Source of the DNA: Hadesarchaea archaeon
GTDB lineage: Archaea; Hadarchaeota; Hadarchaeia; Hadarchaeales; WYZ-LMO6
Direction: 5' to 3'
Length of the DNA: 39,589 nucleotides
Assembly (NCBI GenBank): GCA_029259185.1
Contig: JAPDJF010000054.1
Span: forward strand, 1 to 39,589
Shown here: one piece after another, positions 1 to 9,369 of the stretch
How positions within the stretch are numbered: position 1 is the stretch's first letter
Layout: the number at the start of each line of letters is the position of its first letter
Translations under genes and position numbers: made by a program
Notes under the pieces: model-generated
The model's input: the letters and a program-made list of their open reading frames with translations, nothing else
Databases searched by the model: none
Told to the model about the DNA's origin: nothing

Positions 1-1
1 G

Positions 2-979
2 GGAGAGCACATAGTCTCGGACCTCGCGTTCTCCTTCAAGCACGCCCGCGTGGTGCGGATGGGAAACAAGATGTGGTACCAGCGGATGCGGGGGACCAAC
101 GAGCCCGGAGGATTCCCGGATGGGTTCATATGTGATTTCATGCAGTGTGAGCGAGACCTACCCGCTAGGAGGTTCATAGAGGTCGTGCAAGAGGATGAGG
201 ATGAGGCCCTGAAGTACTCCCATGCGATGAGTGAGGGTATCGGAGGGATAGGGGCCGTGCTGGACAATGTCATATGGCTGGGATTCTACATGAGCGGGGG
301 AATAGGGTTCTCCAACACCGTGGCCTCGGCGGCTTATTCGGAGGTGCTTAACGAGATGTCGCTTGAGTTGATTGAGCTCTCCCACCGATACATGCAAGGG
401 GTGAGGAAGGTTCCCTTGAAATGGGAAACAATAAGGACAATGGTTAACACCTTAGTGCAGTATGCGATGGAGAGTTATGAGAAGTTCCCCACCCTCTCTG
501 AGTTCCATTGGGGAGGGGCCCACAGGGTCTCCGTTATCGGGTCGATCGCAGCATCGTCGGCAGCGATGCTTACTGGAAGCTCGACGATGGGGATGATGGC
601 AGGCAACTATGCGATAGCATTCGCGATGAAAGAGGGATGGTTGAGAACGGGCTGGGCTGGGCAGGAGATCCAGGACCACATAGGTCTCCCCTACCTCTGT
701 AGCTTCAGACCCGAGGAGGGAAACCTCACCGAGCTCAGAGGTCAAAACTACCCGATGCAGTCCTTCAGCGCGGCCCACGGCAACATGCGAGCAGCAGCTG
801 TCTATTCAGCAATGATAGGCAGGGGAAGTGCGTGGTGTCTCAGTCCGATAGTCAAGGTGGCATTCGCCGATCCTCACCTCGTCTTCGACTTCAAGCGCCC
901 GAGGTTGGCGATAGCCAAAGCGGCGATCAGACAGTTCATGCCCGCCGGGGAAAGAGATCCCGTGCTTCCACCACACTGA
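2..979 (+). CDS. mcrA: Methyl/alkyl-coenzyme M reductase alpha subunit, C-terminal part (5'-truncated by the window), divergent ACR type
   Basis: Frame is open from base 2 (GEHIVSDLAFSFKHARV...). McrA motifs are recognisable: RGTNEPGG, IWLGFYMSGGIGF, HWGGAHR, ELRGQNYP, KVAFADPHLVFDF, RQFMPAGERD. Many active-site substitutions relative to methanogen MCR. Confidence 0.95.
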   Translation, partial: GEHIVSDLAFSFKHARVVRMGNKMWYQRMRGTNEPGGFPDGFICDFMQCERDLPARRFIEVVQEDEDEALKYSHAMSEGIGGIGAVLDNVIWLGFYMSGGIGFSNTVASAAYSEVLNEMSLELIELSHRYMQGVRKVPLKWETIRTMVNTLVQYAMESYEKFPTLSEFHWGGAHRVSVIGSIAASSAAMLTGSSTMGMMAGNYAIAFAMKEGWLRTGWAGQEIQDHIGLPYLCSFRPEEGNLTELRGQNYPMQSFSAAHGNMRAAAVYSAMIGRGSAWCLSPIVKVAFADPHLVFDFKRPRLAIAKAAIRQFMPAGERDPVLPPH

Positions 980-987
980 GGGAAAAC

Positions 988-1572
988 ATGAGGAAAGTTC
1001 CCTCTCTACGGGAGATGTACCCGAAGTTCGCTGAGGAATTTGAGAAAACCAAACCACCATCTGTAGTGGAGAGGGTTACCCCAGACCCGCCTCCTCCTCC
1101 CAGTATGTGCACACCACGCCCGGATGGGTGGTGGAAGCAGCCGCCTTACTCGAGTTGGGTTGGGGACAGGGGAAGAGAGCCTACAGCATATGAGCTCTTT
1201 CTGGACTTCATAATCGGGAAGTCCATAAAAAGTCCGAAGGCGATGGAGGTCGCTAGCACCCCTCCCTCTCGTCTCATAGTGTATGAGATCAGACATCCCA
1301 AGAGAGGGACGGAATTCGTAAGACTGTTTTTGAATCCAACCCAAGTGCTTGAAGGTCCTCCAGAGGAGGAACCCGATCTATGGATCAAGATGGACTATTA
1401 TGACTTCGTTCCGGTGCTAGGAGGGGAGATCAGCGTCTTCAATGCGTTATACGAGGGAAGGGCGACGTTGATAGGTAACACCACAGCGGGCTTGGATCAG
1501 TACGACATTATGGCAGCCATCCAAGGTTTCGAGATCCCGAGGCCTAGATGTTGGCCGAAGGGGCACCCCTGA
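988..1572 (+). CDS. SCP2 sterol/lipid-carrier domain protein with Pro-rich N-terminal extension
   Basis: ATG at 988, 8 nt after the mcrA stop; the track start at 832 overlaps mcrA. C-terminal PDLWIKMDYYDFVPVLGGEISVFNALYEGRATLIGN fits the SCP2 pattern. Confidence 0.7.
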   Translation: MRKVPSLREMYPKFAEEFEKTKPPSVVERVTPDPPPPPSMCTPRPDGWWKQPPYSSWVGDRGREPTAYELFLDFIIGKSIKSPKAMEVASTPPSRLIVYEIRHPKRGTEFVRLFLNPTQVLEGPPEEEPDLWIKMDYYDFVPVLGGEISVFNALYEGRATLIGNTTAGLDQYDIMAAIQGFEIPRPRCWPKGHP

Positions 1573-1646
1573 CGGGGGAGAAGCGTGAGGAGGGCCCCGA
1601 TGAACTCTCGAGGAGCCCGAGCGTGATGAGTCCCAAGAAAAACGGT

Positions 1647-3110
1647 TCATTCGTTACCGTTTTTCCAGAACCCGTTGATCCTCTCCTTCAGCAACTTATA
1701 CTCAATGAGTTTTGAATAGGCTTTTCCCGCGTCCTCGGGTGAGAAGTATACCGGGATTTTGTTTCTTCGCAAGAGTTTGATCGACCTCGACTTGTCAAGG
1801 GGTTTCAGTGCTACTCCGAATACAGTTTTTCCCTTCTTACTGAATTCAATTATTTTTTTTACTAACGGTGTCTGTATCGTGTCTACGTAGTACTTCCGCA
1901 TCTCCTTGTCAAGGAATCTGACGGCATAAGCTCCTAATCCTCCAAGTATTATCACGCCTCCCACATCCCACTTTTCGAGAATACTCAAGATCTTGAACTC
2001 AATGGAGGGATCCAGTTCAGCCACCGTGTCTATAGGATTTCCCTTACTCCAGTAGGGGGGCATGAATGAGTTGAGTTCCTCCAGTATCCTAGGTGGAGGT
2101 GGAGAAATATCCACTAACCCCTCATCACAAGCATCAGTAGCTGCCACCCCCCATCCCCCACCCCGGGTCAAGATCACGAGTTTGTTGTTCTTCGGTATGG
2201 GTTGATCGAAGGCCATAGCTATTTTCAATAGGTCTTCTGTAGTTTCGGCTTCGATGATCCCGGCTTGTCTGAATGCCCCCCGATAGACTTGAATCGAGCC
2301 GGCTAGGGAGCCGGTGTGTGATCTAGCGGCCACACTTCCAGCTCTGGTTTTTCCCACCTTGAGCGCGATTATGGGTTTTTCCTTGGTGGTCTCCTTGGCT
2401 TCTCTCAAAAATTTTCTTCCATCTTTCACCCCCTCGATGTAAGTGAGGATCGTCTTGGTGGATTTCCTTCTGCGTAGGAACTCGATGAAATCCTCACATC
2501 GAAGGAAAGCTTCGTTACCACTGCTCACGAACACGTCGAATCCAAGCTGGTAGTACGTTCCCCTGTCGAGAAGTTGGGTTCCAAGGTTCCCACTTTGAGA
2601 AATGAATGACACGCTCCCTTTAAGCGGTTGAACCGAAGCCATAAGTGCCAACAAGTTTGAAGTTGCGCTGAAGACACCCATGCAGTTTGGTCCAACGAAA
2701 GGAAAGCGTCCTTCTTCAGCGATCTTTATGAGTTCGTCCTCAAGTCTTTTGCCTTCCTCCCCCGTCTCCCGAAATCCTGCCGATATGATCACACCCGCTT
2801 TTACTCCTCTCTCCACACATTCTTGAAGGATGGCCGGAACCGTGCGGGCAGGTGTGGCCACCACTGCGAGGTCCGTTTCTTCAGGGACTTTAGGGTAGAC
2901 TTTCAGTCCCATTATTTCCTTCTCCTTTGGGTTCACCGGATAAACCTCTCCCTCGAACTTTCCATCGATGATGTGTTTCAGAATTATAGTTCCCCATTTT
3001 AACGGAGAACCGGATGCCCCTATCACGGCCACAGAGTGTGGATCGAAAATGTACTTAAGACGATCAAAGACTTCTCGGGAGTTCTGTCGGTTTTCTTGCC
3101 CAGCGGTCAT
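1647..3110 (-). CDS. acdA: ADP-forming acyl-CoA synthetase alpha subunit (ACD/succinyl-CoA synthetase superfamily)
   Basis: PHSVAVIGAS CoA-binding fold, GPNCMG, FISQSGNLG, phospho-His motif ARSHTGSLAG, GNPID. Confidence 0.92.
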   Translation of the reverse strand: MTAGQENRQNSREVFDRLKYIFDPHSVAVIGASGSPLKWGTIILKHIIDGKFEGEVYPVNPKEKEIMGLKVYPKVPEETDLAVVATPARTVPAILQECVERGVKAGVIISAGFRETGEEGKRLEDELIKIAEEGRFPFVGPNCMGVFSATSNLLALMASVQPLKGSVSFISQSGNLGTQLLDRGTYYQLGFDVFVSSGNEAFLRCEDFIEFLRRRKSTKTILTYIEGVKDGRKFLREAKETTKEKPIIALKVGKTRAGSVAARSHTGSLAGSIQVYRGAFRQAGIIEAETTEDLLKIAMAFDQPIPKNNKLVILTRGGGWGVAATDACDEGLVDISPPPPRILEELNSFMPPYWSKGNPIDTVAELDPSIEFKILSILEKWDVGGVIILGGLGAYAVRFLDKEMRKYYVDTIQTPLVKKIIEFSKKGKTVFGVALKPLDKSRSIKLLRRNKIPVYFSPEDAGKAYSKLIEYKLLKERINGFWKNGNE

Positions 3111-3344
3111 CTTTTTTGATTATTTTCAGTAGGTCGTATATAAGCTGGTGGGACGATTTTCTGAAGAGTTTTGGAGACATGGGTCCCCACGATTTCTGCA
3201 TTCATGGTTCTCCAGCTCCCACCAAAAAATGGCCACCGTTTCTTTTTCCTCACCTCTTCGCGTTTTTGTAGGAATCTCAGCTATCGAGCCAAAACGGCGA
3301 ATCCGTTAATGAAAATTTTTAAGGAATGTTTGAGTAATTAATCT

Positions 3345-3815
3345 GTGCCTCTCGTAATAACCAAAGAGTGGTTTGAAACCATAAAAGAAAAATGGAATTC
3401 AGACTCCTCGAACGTTGAAAGTTTGAAGGATTCGCACGAGACGATCCTTTGGATCGTGGAGGAGTTACCTTTATCCAAAATCTCGGGTGAACTTGAGAAG
3501 TCTATATTGGGGAGCGGGATGGTGGATCCCGCGTATTTTCAGGCGATGAAGAAGGAAAACCGGGCGGATCTCATCATCAAAATCGAGGGTGGGAAAATAA
3601 CCGAATTCAGACCGGCAAAGCAAGGGGAGGAACACACGGGAATGATCAGGGGCAAATACTCTTCATTTGAGAAGGTGGTGAAGGGTGAGGATCTCATCTG
3701 GTTGATCATGGACGGAGAAATACATTTTAGGGGAAGGTTGCCAGAATTTGCGAAGAGACTTGACGGCTACACGAGACTCACAATCACCTTTGTATCCAAT
3801 ACCGAACTTCCGTGA
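3345..3815 (+). CDS. SCP2-like lipid-binding domain protein
   Basis: N-terminal ITKEWFETIKEKWNSD and C-terminal MIRGKYSSFEKVVKGEDLIWLIMDGEIHFRG resemble SCP2-family proteins. Confidence 0.65.
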   Translation: MPLVITKEWFETIKEKWNSDSSNVESLKDSHETILWIVEELPLSKISGELEKSILGSGMVDPAYFQAMKKENRADLIIKIEGGKITEFRPAKQGEEHTGMIRGKYSSFEKVVKGEDLIWLIMDGEIHFRGRLPEFAKRLDGYTRLTITFVSNTELP

Positions 3816-3824
3816 GGTGGGAAT

Positions 3825-5300
3825 ATGGCGGAGATGATGGAGGAGAGAAGTCAACAGCTGAAGGCTGAGTGGGAAGAGTGGTTTAGGGGAATGGGGTTCG
3901 ATAAGGTATGGAAACGGTTAGACGTGATCAATCCTTTCCCGGGTAGCATCCCAACTAACGCGGAAATATTCATGGTAATGCCCGTGTGGCGACACGTCTT
4001 CAGGGAACTCCACATGGATCCAGAAGTGTGGCGAAGGTTGAAATACGAGAATTTTGTTGAATGGTCTTACAGAGTGGATCAAGCAGTCGAGACCACGAAC
4101 CGTGTGGCTAAAAATCCCCCTTCTCCCGATGAGATGTATTGTATTGAGAACCTGTGTTATTTGAGCCATCCCCCTGCATATCTTTGTAAGCCGGATGTGG
4201 GAAAGAGCACATGTCAAATGCTTTACGGGAAATATGCGACCGTTGAGTACGTGCACGTGGATGATTTCTCCAGAGAGGTTTACTGGATAAATGGGTATCA
4301 TAACGAGGATGGATTCCCCGTGCACAGATGGACCGTAGGGGTTGCGAGTGATATCTCCCAATATTTCGATGAAGAAGACGAGAGAGCATTTCTCACAAGT
4401 ACTGAAAGCTGGACGGGAGCCTCAAACAGAGAGGAGCTAGACGATCGTTTAAACCGGAGACACCTCAGAACTGGAGTGAAGATAAGGGATGTGCCGAAGG
4501 TGTACTGGGATCCATATGACTGGGGGATGGGGGTTAGAGATGTAGTGAACGATATGCGGACAGAAGTTTTTTCTAAATGGCTCCACGCCACGTTGTACAT
4601 GTCATGTGTCTCAGCATACATCAGCACGATCGCGCAGAATGCCCTAATGAGCAGTGAGTTTTTCCTTTACGTGTACTACGGATTGAATACGAGCGCATTA
4701 GGTGTGAAGTATAATTTGTTCTCTTATGTACCGATTCCTCCGATCCTGAGAACTCTGCTCAACCTGCCTCAAGAGACTTTCGTTAAGCGGATGAGTGAGC
4801 TTTTCTTAGGTGGATACAACGCAATTCATAAGTATGCTTGTAATGAGAAGAAGGTTCCTCATCTCTTCAAGATCAGGAAATTCATCTTCGATCACGGTCA
4901 GTTCTATCCGCACGTCAAGGGAATAGTCCCACCTATGGCAATGGCGAGAGCTATCCCTCCCTCGATGGAGGTGATAAACCTGGACAGGTATTTGGAGACT
5001 CCTCCCAGCAAGGAGTTCTTGGAATTGTTAGAGGCCGATGGGGGTCTGAATCCCGAGACGGGCGAACTCCCACCCGTAGACGAAGTCGGACGATTCAGTT
5101 TTCTCATAGATCCATCTATCGAACCGATCAGGCCAAGCGACTTTCCACCATTAGACTGTAACCAGGGACAGATCTGGCCATTCGACATAACAAGAGAAAA
5201 AGTGGAGATAATGGTGGAAGAGGGTTATGACGGCTCTGGGAAAAACGTGGAACACTACAGCAAACTAGCGGATAAGAAGATGGGTAAGAAAGTGGATTGA
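3825..5300 (+). CDS. Hypothetical protein (491 aa), aromatic-rich, with a four-Cys cluster
   Basis: Long ORF with SD GAGGTG directly after the SCP2 gene. No family recognised. Confidence 0.8.
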   Translation: MAEMMEERSQQLKAEWEEWFRGMGFDKVWKRLDVINPFPGSIPTNAEIFMVMPVWRHVFRELHMDPEVWRRLKYENFVEWSYRVDQAVETTNRVAKNPPSPDEMYCIENLCYLSHPPAYLCKPDVGKSTCQMLYGKYATVEYVHVDDFSREVYWINGYHNEDGFPVHRWTVGVASDISQYFDEEDERAFLTSTESWTGASNREELDDRLNRRHLRTGVKIRDVPKVYWDPYDWGMGVRDVVNDMRTEVFSKWLHATLYMSCVSAYISTIAQNALMSSEFFLYVYYGLNTSALGVKYNLFSYVPIPPILRTLLNLPQETFVKRMSELFLGGYNAIHKYACNEKKVPHLFKIRKFIFDHGQFYPHVKGIVPPMAMARAIPPSMEVINLDRYLETPPSKEFLELLEADGGLNPETGELPPVDEVGRFSFLIDPSIEPIRPSDFPPLDCNQGQIWPFDITREKVEIMVEEGYDGSGKNVEHYSKLADKKMGKKVD

Positions 5301-5302
5301 AT

Positions 5303-5878
5303 TTATTTCCCCTGCTTAAACAGCTCTGCTACTTCCATCATCGCGGATGAAACTTTCATCCCAAGGGGAATACTTCCCCCTTCCATCTTTATAACCTGTT
5401 TGAAAAAAGCTTCAGTAGGATCTATTTCCCCGACTAGCACACCTATCAAGGATTTGGTGTATCCTTTGATGGTCATATCCGCATTCGCAAGTGGATATCC
5501 CCCCCCAGATAATTTTCCTTCAGATATCTTCAAGTGACCTTTCATGGGACTGTCTATTGCTTCGAAATTTACTGACACTTCTCCAGCTTTTTTTAGCGCT
5601 TCCTTGATATCAGGATTCTTCTCGACCATGACACTTATCCCCTCCCACAATAAATCCATGAACTTAGCAGAAGCTTCAGGGGCCTCTTTCACGAACTTGA
5701 TCACGTCCACATTTTTTAGCTTGTTGATGAGCTTTGGAACAAGATCGGGGACGAGTTCTATCAGCTGTGCTACACCGAATTCTTTTATGCCATTCAAAAG
5801 GGGAATCAGGTTTTCCTTCAGTTGATCCACAGGTAACTCTAGGGCTTCCTCAACAGCTTTCTTGAGATCTTCTCCCAC
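5303..5878 (-). CDS. SCP2-domain protein with helical N-terminal region
   Basis: ADMTIKGYTKSLIGVLVGEIDPTEAFFKQVIKMEG is a typical SCP2 C-terminal pattern. Confidence 0.75.
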   Translation of the reverse strand: MGEDLKKAVEEALELPVDQLKENLIPLLNGIKEFGVAQLIELVPDLVPKLINKLKNVDVIKFVKEAPEASAKFMDLLWEGISVMVEKNPDIKEALKKAGEVSVNFEAIDSPMKGHLKISEGKLSGGGYPLANADMTIKGYTKSLIGVLVGEIDPTEAFFKQVIKMEGGSIPLGMKVSSAMMEVAELFKQGK

Positions 5879-6203
5879 GGCCTAATAAGAGGCGGGAATC
5901 TTTTAAAACTTTTGGGAACCGGTTCTTCGCGCAATCGGTCTTCGTTTTAGTCGGCATCCACACCCTATACTGAGGGGTGATGTTGGCTTTCGTAACCCTA
6001 GACGTTATGATGATCAATGCGCCGGCAGTTGTGGGATCGAGGGGAGGGACCGCATAGCTTGGGTGAACATTGCCGAACCCGAAGATGAAGGGTGAGGTTC
6101 GGCCGGGTGTGGGAAATGATTGCGAACCCATCAGTTGCGTACTCCAGATTGCGTGACAGAACCTGGGACCCAAACCTTTTAGCAGTCCATTCTGAAATAG
6201 GGT

Positions 6204-8174
6204 GTGGACTATTTCGGATATTCGGGGCTCGTGCTCAAGGTTGATTTGGATAGAGGAAAAGTGGAAAGTGAAACACTCTCCAAGGAGCTGATCGAGAAAT
6301 TCATCGGGGGATGGGGAATCAACTTAAAACTTTTCAGAGATTGGAGCAAGCCGCTCGTGGATCCTCTCTCTCCAGAAAATCCCCTGATCCTGGGGGCAGG
6401 TCCACTGGTCGGAACGGCAGTCCCAGGAGCGGTCAAGCTTGTGGCTACAACGAAGTCACCAATAGCGGACAGGGCGGGGAAGCATTTCATCGACTGTGCG
6501 GTTGCGGGTGGAAAATTTGGCCCAATGCTAAAGAAAGCGGGCTACGATCATGTGATAATAACCGGCAGAGCGAGTGAACCCGTCTACCTGAGTATAGAAA
6601 ACAAAGGAGCTGAGATACTCGATGCTTCGGATCTATGGGGAAAAATGGATACGTACGAAACCACCGATTGGCTCCTCCGCAGACACCCGAATGCAGCCGT
6701 GATTTCAATAGGCAAAGCTGGGGAAAAGTTGGTGAGATACGGGATGGCCATCGTCGATCGCTTTGCCACGTTGGGGAGATTCGGGGTGGGGGCGGTGATG
6801 GGATCGAAAAATCTCAAGGCCATAGCCGTCAGGGGAGATGGAGGGGTTCGGATAGCAGAACCGGACGAATTCCTGCGGTGGGTTAGAGAGTGGAGAAAAG
6901 ACATAGAGAAAAATCCGATCCTCTCTGAATGGCGCGTTCTCGGTATAACGGCAGGGTGGGCGGTTCACTCTCCCCTAGTTCGGGAGGGGGTTTGGGAGTA
7001 TTCCAGATGGGCGGAACTCTACGGGCCGGAACGTTGGGTCGAGTTCAAGTGTAAAAAGAGAAATTCAGCTTGCTATGGGTGTCCTATGAGTTGTAGGGTG
7101 GATTTCTGCATAAAGGATGGGAAATACAGGGGTCTTGCTTCCTTCACCGGCTCGTACATGCTTCCAGCTAGGGTTGGACAAAGACTAGAACTCGAAGATC
7201 CGCGAGAAGCCGTCAAGTTGCTTGATATCTGCAACAGGGCCGGGATGTGTTACTTCACCACAAGCCAGCTCGTGAACTGGGTCACGAGATTGTATGGGAG
7301 GGGCAAAATTTCGAAGAAGACAACAGGTGGGGAGGTTCTGGAGAGAAAATTCGATGTCTACCTGAGACTCTTCGAACAAGTAGCATCAAGAAGTGGATTC
7401 GGGAAAATCCTAGCGGATGGGTGGTATCCATTGGCCAGACGGATAGGTGCCGATCCAGATGAATTCGAAGAGGGGACAGGAGTCTTCAGGGGTTGTGATG
7501 TCATTCAAGATGCGAGATTCACCAGACTTCATCCCCAAGCGTTTTCTCATTTCACGAGCCCGAGACCTCATCACGGGGGAACCCAATCGGTTTACACTAT
7601 CCCGAACTTGCCACTCGAGGTTCTCAGGGAGGTGGACGCGAAGGACATGGGCTTATCGGAAGAGGAGCTTCACCGGATATTCGGCGATCACAGGTTCGGA
7701 AGGTTTAACGTGGGGAGGTACGCCAGACATGCTGAGGATCGGATGGCGGTTTACAACAGTTTGGGGGTGTGTATTGTCCATGCGCTTTGGGGTTTCTTGG
7801 GAATAAAATACCTGAACCTGAGGTGGATAGCGAAAATTTATTCATCAGCTACCGGGATTCAAACGAGTGTAGACAAACTCAAGAAGGGTGGAGAGAGAGC
7901 ATTCACTTTTTGGAAGCTTTTGAACGCCGAGGAAGGATTCTCCAAAGAAGACTACAGATGTTCGGAGGTTTGGCTTAATCCGAGGAAAACTCCGGAAGGT
8001 GAATGTGGGCTGATGGATTACTATGGTGAGATACGCATCTCAAGAGCGGAGGTGGAGAAATTGTTGGAAGAATACTATGAGGAAAGGGGATGGGATAAGA
8101 AGACAGGGCTCCCCACTCTTGAGAAACTCAAGGAGCTCGGGTTGGAGGAGAATTTCAGGGTTCGATCAACTTAA
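6204..8174 (+). CDS. aor: Aldehyde:ferredoxin oxidoreductase family tungstoenzyme
   Basis: DPLSPENPLI, LKKAGYD, GRFGVGAVMGSKNLKAIAVRG, CYGCPMSC Fe-S motif, YYEERGWDKKTGLPT. Confidence 0.95.
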   Translation: MDYFGYSGLVLKVDLDRGKVESETLSKELIEKFIGGWGINLKLFRDWSKPLVDPLSPENPLILGAGPLVGTAVPGAVKLVATTKSPIADRAGKHFIDCAVAGGKFGPMLKKAGYDHVIITGRASEPVYLSIENKGAEILDASDLWGKMDTYETTDWLLRRHPNAAVISIGKAGEKLVRYGMAIVDRFATLGRFGVGAVMGSKNLKAIAVRGDGGVRIAEPDEFLRWVREWRKDIEKNPILSEWRVLGITAGWAVHSPLVREGVWEYSRWAELYGPERWVEFKCKKRNSACYGCPMSCRVDFCIKDGKYRGLASFTGSYMLPARVGQRLELEDPREAVKLLDICNRAGMCYFTTSQLVNWVTRLYGRGKISKKTTGGEVLERKFDVYLRLFEQVASRSGFGKILADGWYPLARRIGADPDEFEEGTGVFRGCDVIQDARFTRLHPQAFSHFTSPRPHHGGTQSVYTIPNLPLEVLREVDAKDMGLSEEELHRIFGDHRFGRFNVGRYARHAEDRMAVYNSLGVCIVHALWGFLGIKYLNLRWIAKIYSSATGIQTSVDKLKKGGERAFTFWKLLNAEEGFSKEDYRCSEVWLNPRKTPEGECGLMDYYGEIRISRAEVEKLLEEYYEERGWDKKTGLPTLEKLKELGLEENFRVRST

Positions 8175-8601
8175 ACACGCTATCTGGGACTGTTGAGTTA
8201 CTCATTCCCCCTGCTATCAACGATATGAGTTCGAAGTCCAGTTTATCAACACCTTTGGTGATTTTCAGCTTTTCTTCCGCTAGAGCGTTAGAGAGTTCTT
8301 CTCGTCCAGAGAGAATATCCTTCCACGTGGACCACTCTCCTTCTAACACAACATCCGCTTCGAAAGGGCTTGTACTCACTTCGGATTCCACGCGTTGATC
8401 CACCAAACGGATGTGCATGTAAACATCGCTCATACCTTTTTCCTTAAATGGATCGGGAACCCTTATCACGGGGGAAAGGGAGAAATCTTTTCCCTTCGTT
8501 TTTTCTTTGAAATCCGGCTGGGCTTCGATGTTGCTCATCAAGACGTTTAGAAAACTCCTTATACCGGCGATGAACAATTCTGATTCGATACTTCCGGTCA
8601 T
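8155..8601 (-). CDS. SCP2-domain protein
   Basis: EADVVLEGEWSTWKDILSGREELSNALAEEKLKITKG fits the SCP2 pattern. Confidence 0.75.
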   Translation of the reverse strand: MTGSIESELFIAGIRSFLNVLMSNIEAQPDFKEKTKGKDFSLSPVIRVPDPFKEKGMSDVYMHIRLVDQRVESEVSTSPFEADVVLEGEWSTWKDILSGREELSNALAEEKLKITKGVDKLDFELISLIAGGMSNSTVPDSVFKLIEP

Positions 8602-8625
8602 CTTCTAACAGAGGAAAAAATGTAT

Positions 8626-9255
8626 TTAACTCCTTCGCCGAGAAGTTTTTGTCTCTTCCCCGAGGATTTTTGCGGCTGCGGTCTTAGCAGCCTCAAGGAG
8701 TGGTTGACTACAGAGCAACACGGGACAAGCGGATATCGGCACCTTCACGATCTTCTCAAGAGTAGTGCTTACAATGGGTGCGCACACAATAGCTTTGGCT
8801 CCCTCTTGTTCAGCGTTGAGGGCAGCAATGATCACGTCCTCAATGGTTGTTGCTCCGTATTCCTTTATTTTGATCTTCTGCCCGTGCACACTTATGTACT
8901 GGGTTTGTATCGAGTCGAGCGTTGGTCTTGCTGCGATTATAGCGATAAAAGGTTCCCGACCCCCTTCCACGTTTTCAAGTTTTCTTATGGCCTTCACTAT
9001 CTCTCGAAACGTTGAGAGACGGGGGTTGGGTCTGTCTCCCGAGATAATCTTGTAGAGGGAACTTTCAGATATGCCCGAGATCCTGCTGAATTCTTTTATA
9101 TCCAAGCGCAGCTCCCTCAGGACTTTTTTCAGAGTCTCCCTGAAGCTTTCATCCGATTCTAAACTCGACTTGAATACTTCCTCCCACTTCAAGAAGCCGG
9201 CCATTTTCTTCCTATTATATGATTTACCCAATTTGGGAATAAATACTTTCATCAA
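8626..9255 (-). CDS. XRE-family HTH transcriptional regulator with C-terminal alpha/beta sensor domain
   Basis: IKEFSRISGISESSLYKIISGDRPNPRLST HTH; C-terminal AKAIVCAPIVS domain typical of archaeal regulators. Confidence 0.85.
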   Translation of the reverse strand: MMKVFIPKLGKSYNRKKMAGFLKWEEVFKSSLESDESFRETLKKVLRELRLDIKEFSRISGISESSLYKIISGDRPNPRLSTFREIVKAIRKLENVEGGREPFIAIIAARPTLDSIQTQYISVHGQKIKIKEYGATTIEDVIIAALNAEQEGAKAIVCAPIVSTTLEKIVKVPISACPVLLCSQPLLEAAKTAAAKILGEETKTSRRRS

Positions 9256-9276
9256 AATGGAACTGAGTTTGGAGAG

Positions 9277-9318
9277 TTAGACCATCCCATGTCAATACCT
9301 TTAAACGGGGTGGTCTAA
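9277..9318. promoter_or_regulatory. Inverted repeat (putative operator) flanking a TATA-like element between divergent genes
   Basis: TTAGACCATCCC-N18-GGGGTGGTCTAA (11/12 match), with CTTTAAA in the spacer. Confidence 0.5.
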
Positions 9319-9369
9319 AGTTTTTCAAGCGCGGGCGATTGTGTAGCTTAGACGGGTGGAGGGAAAAAC

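Noticed and set aside
5850-6173. Minus-strand ORF with faint TruB/Cbf5-like words (PGRTS, PLDPTTAGALII)
   Set aside because: Short, lacks the HxGTLD motif and overlaps the neighbouring gene start. It cannot be distinguished from chance without a profile search.
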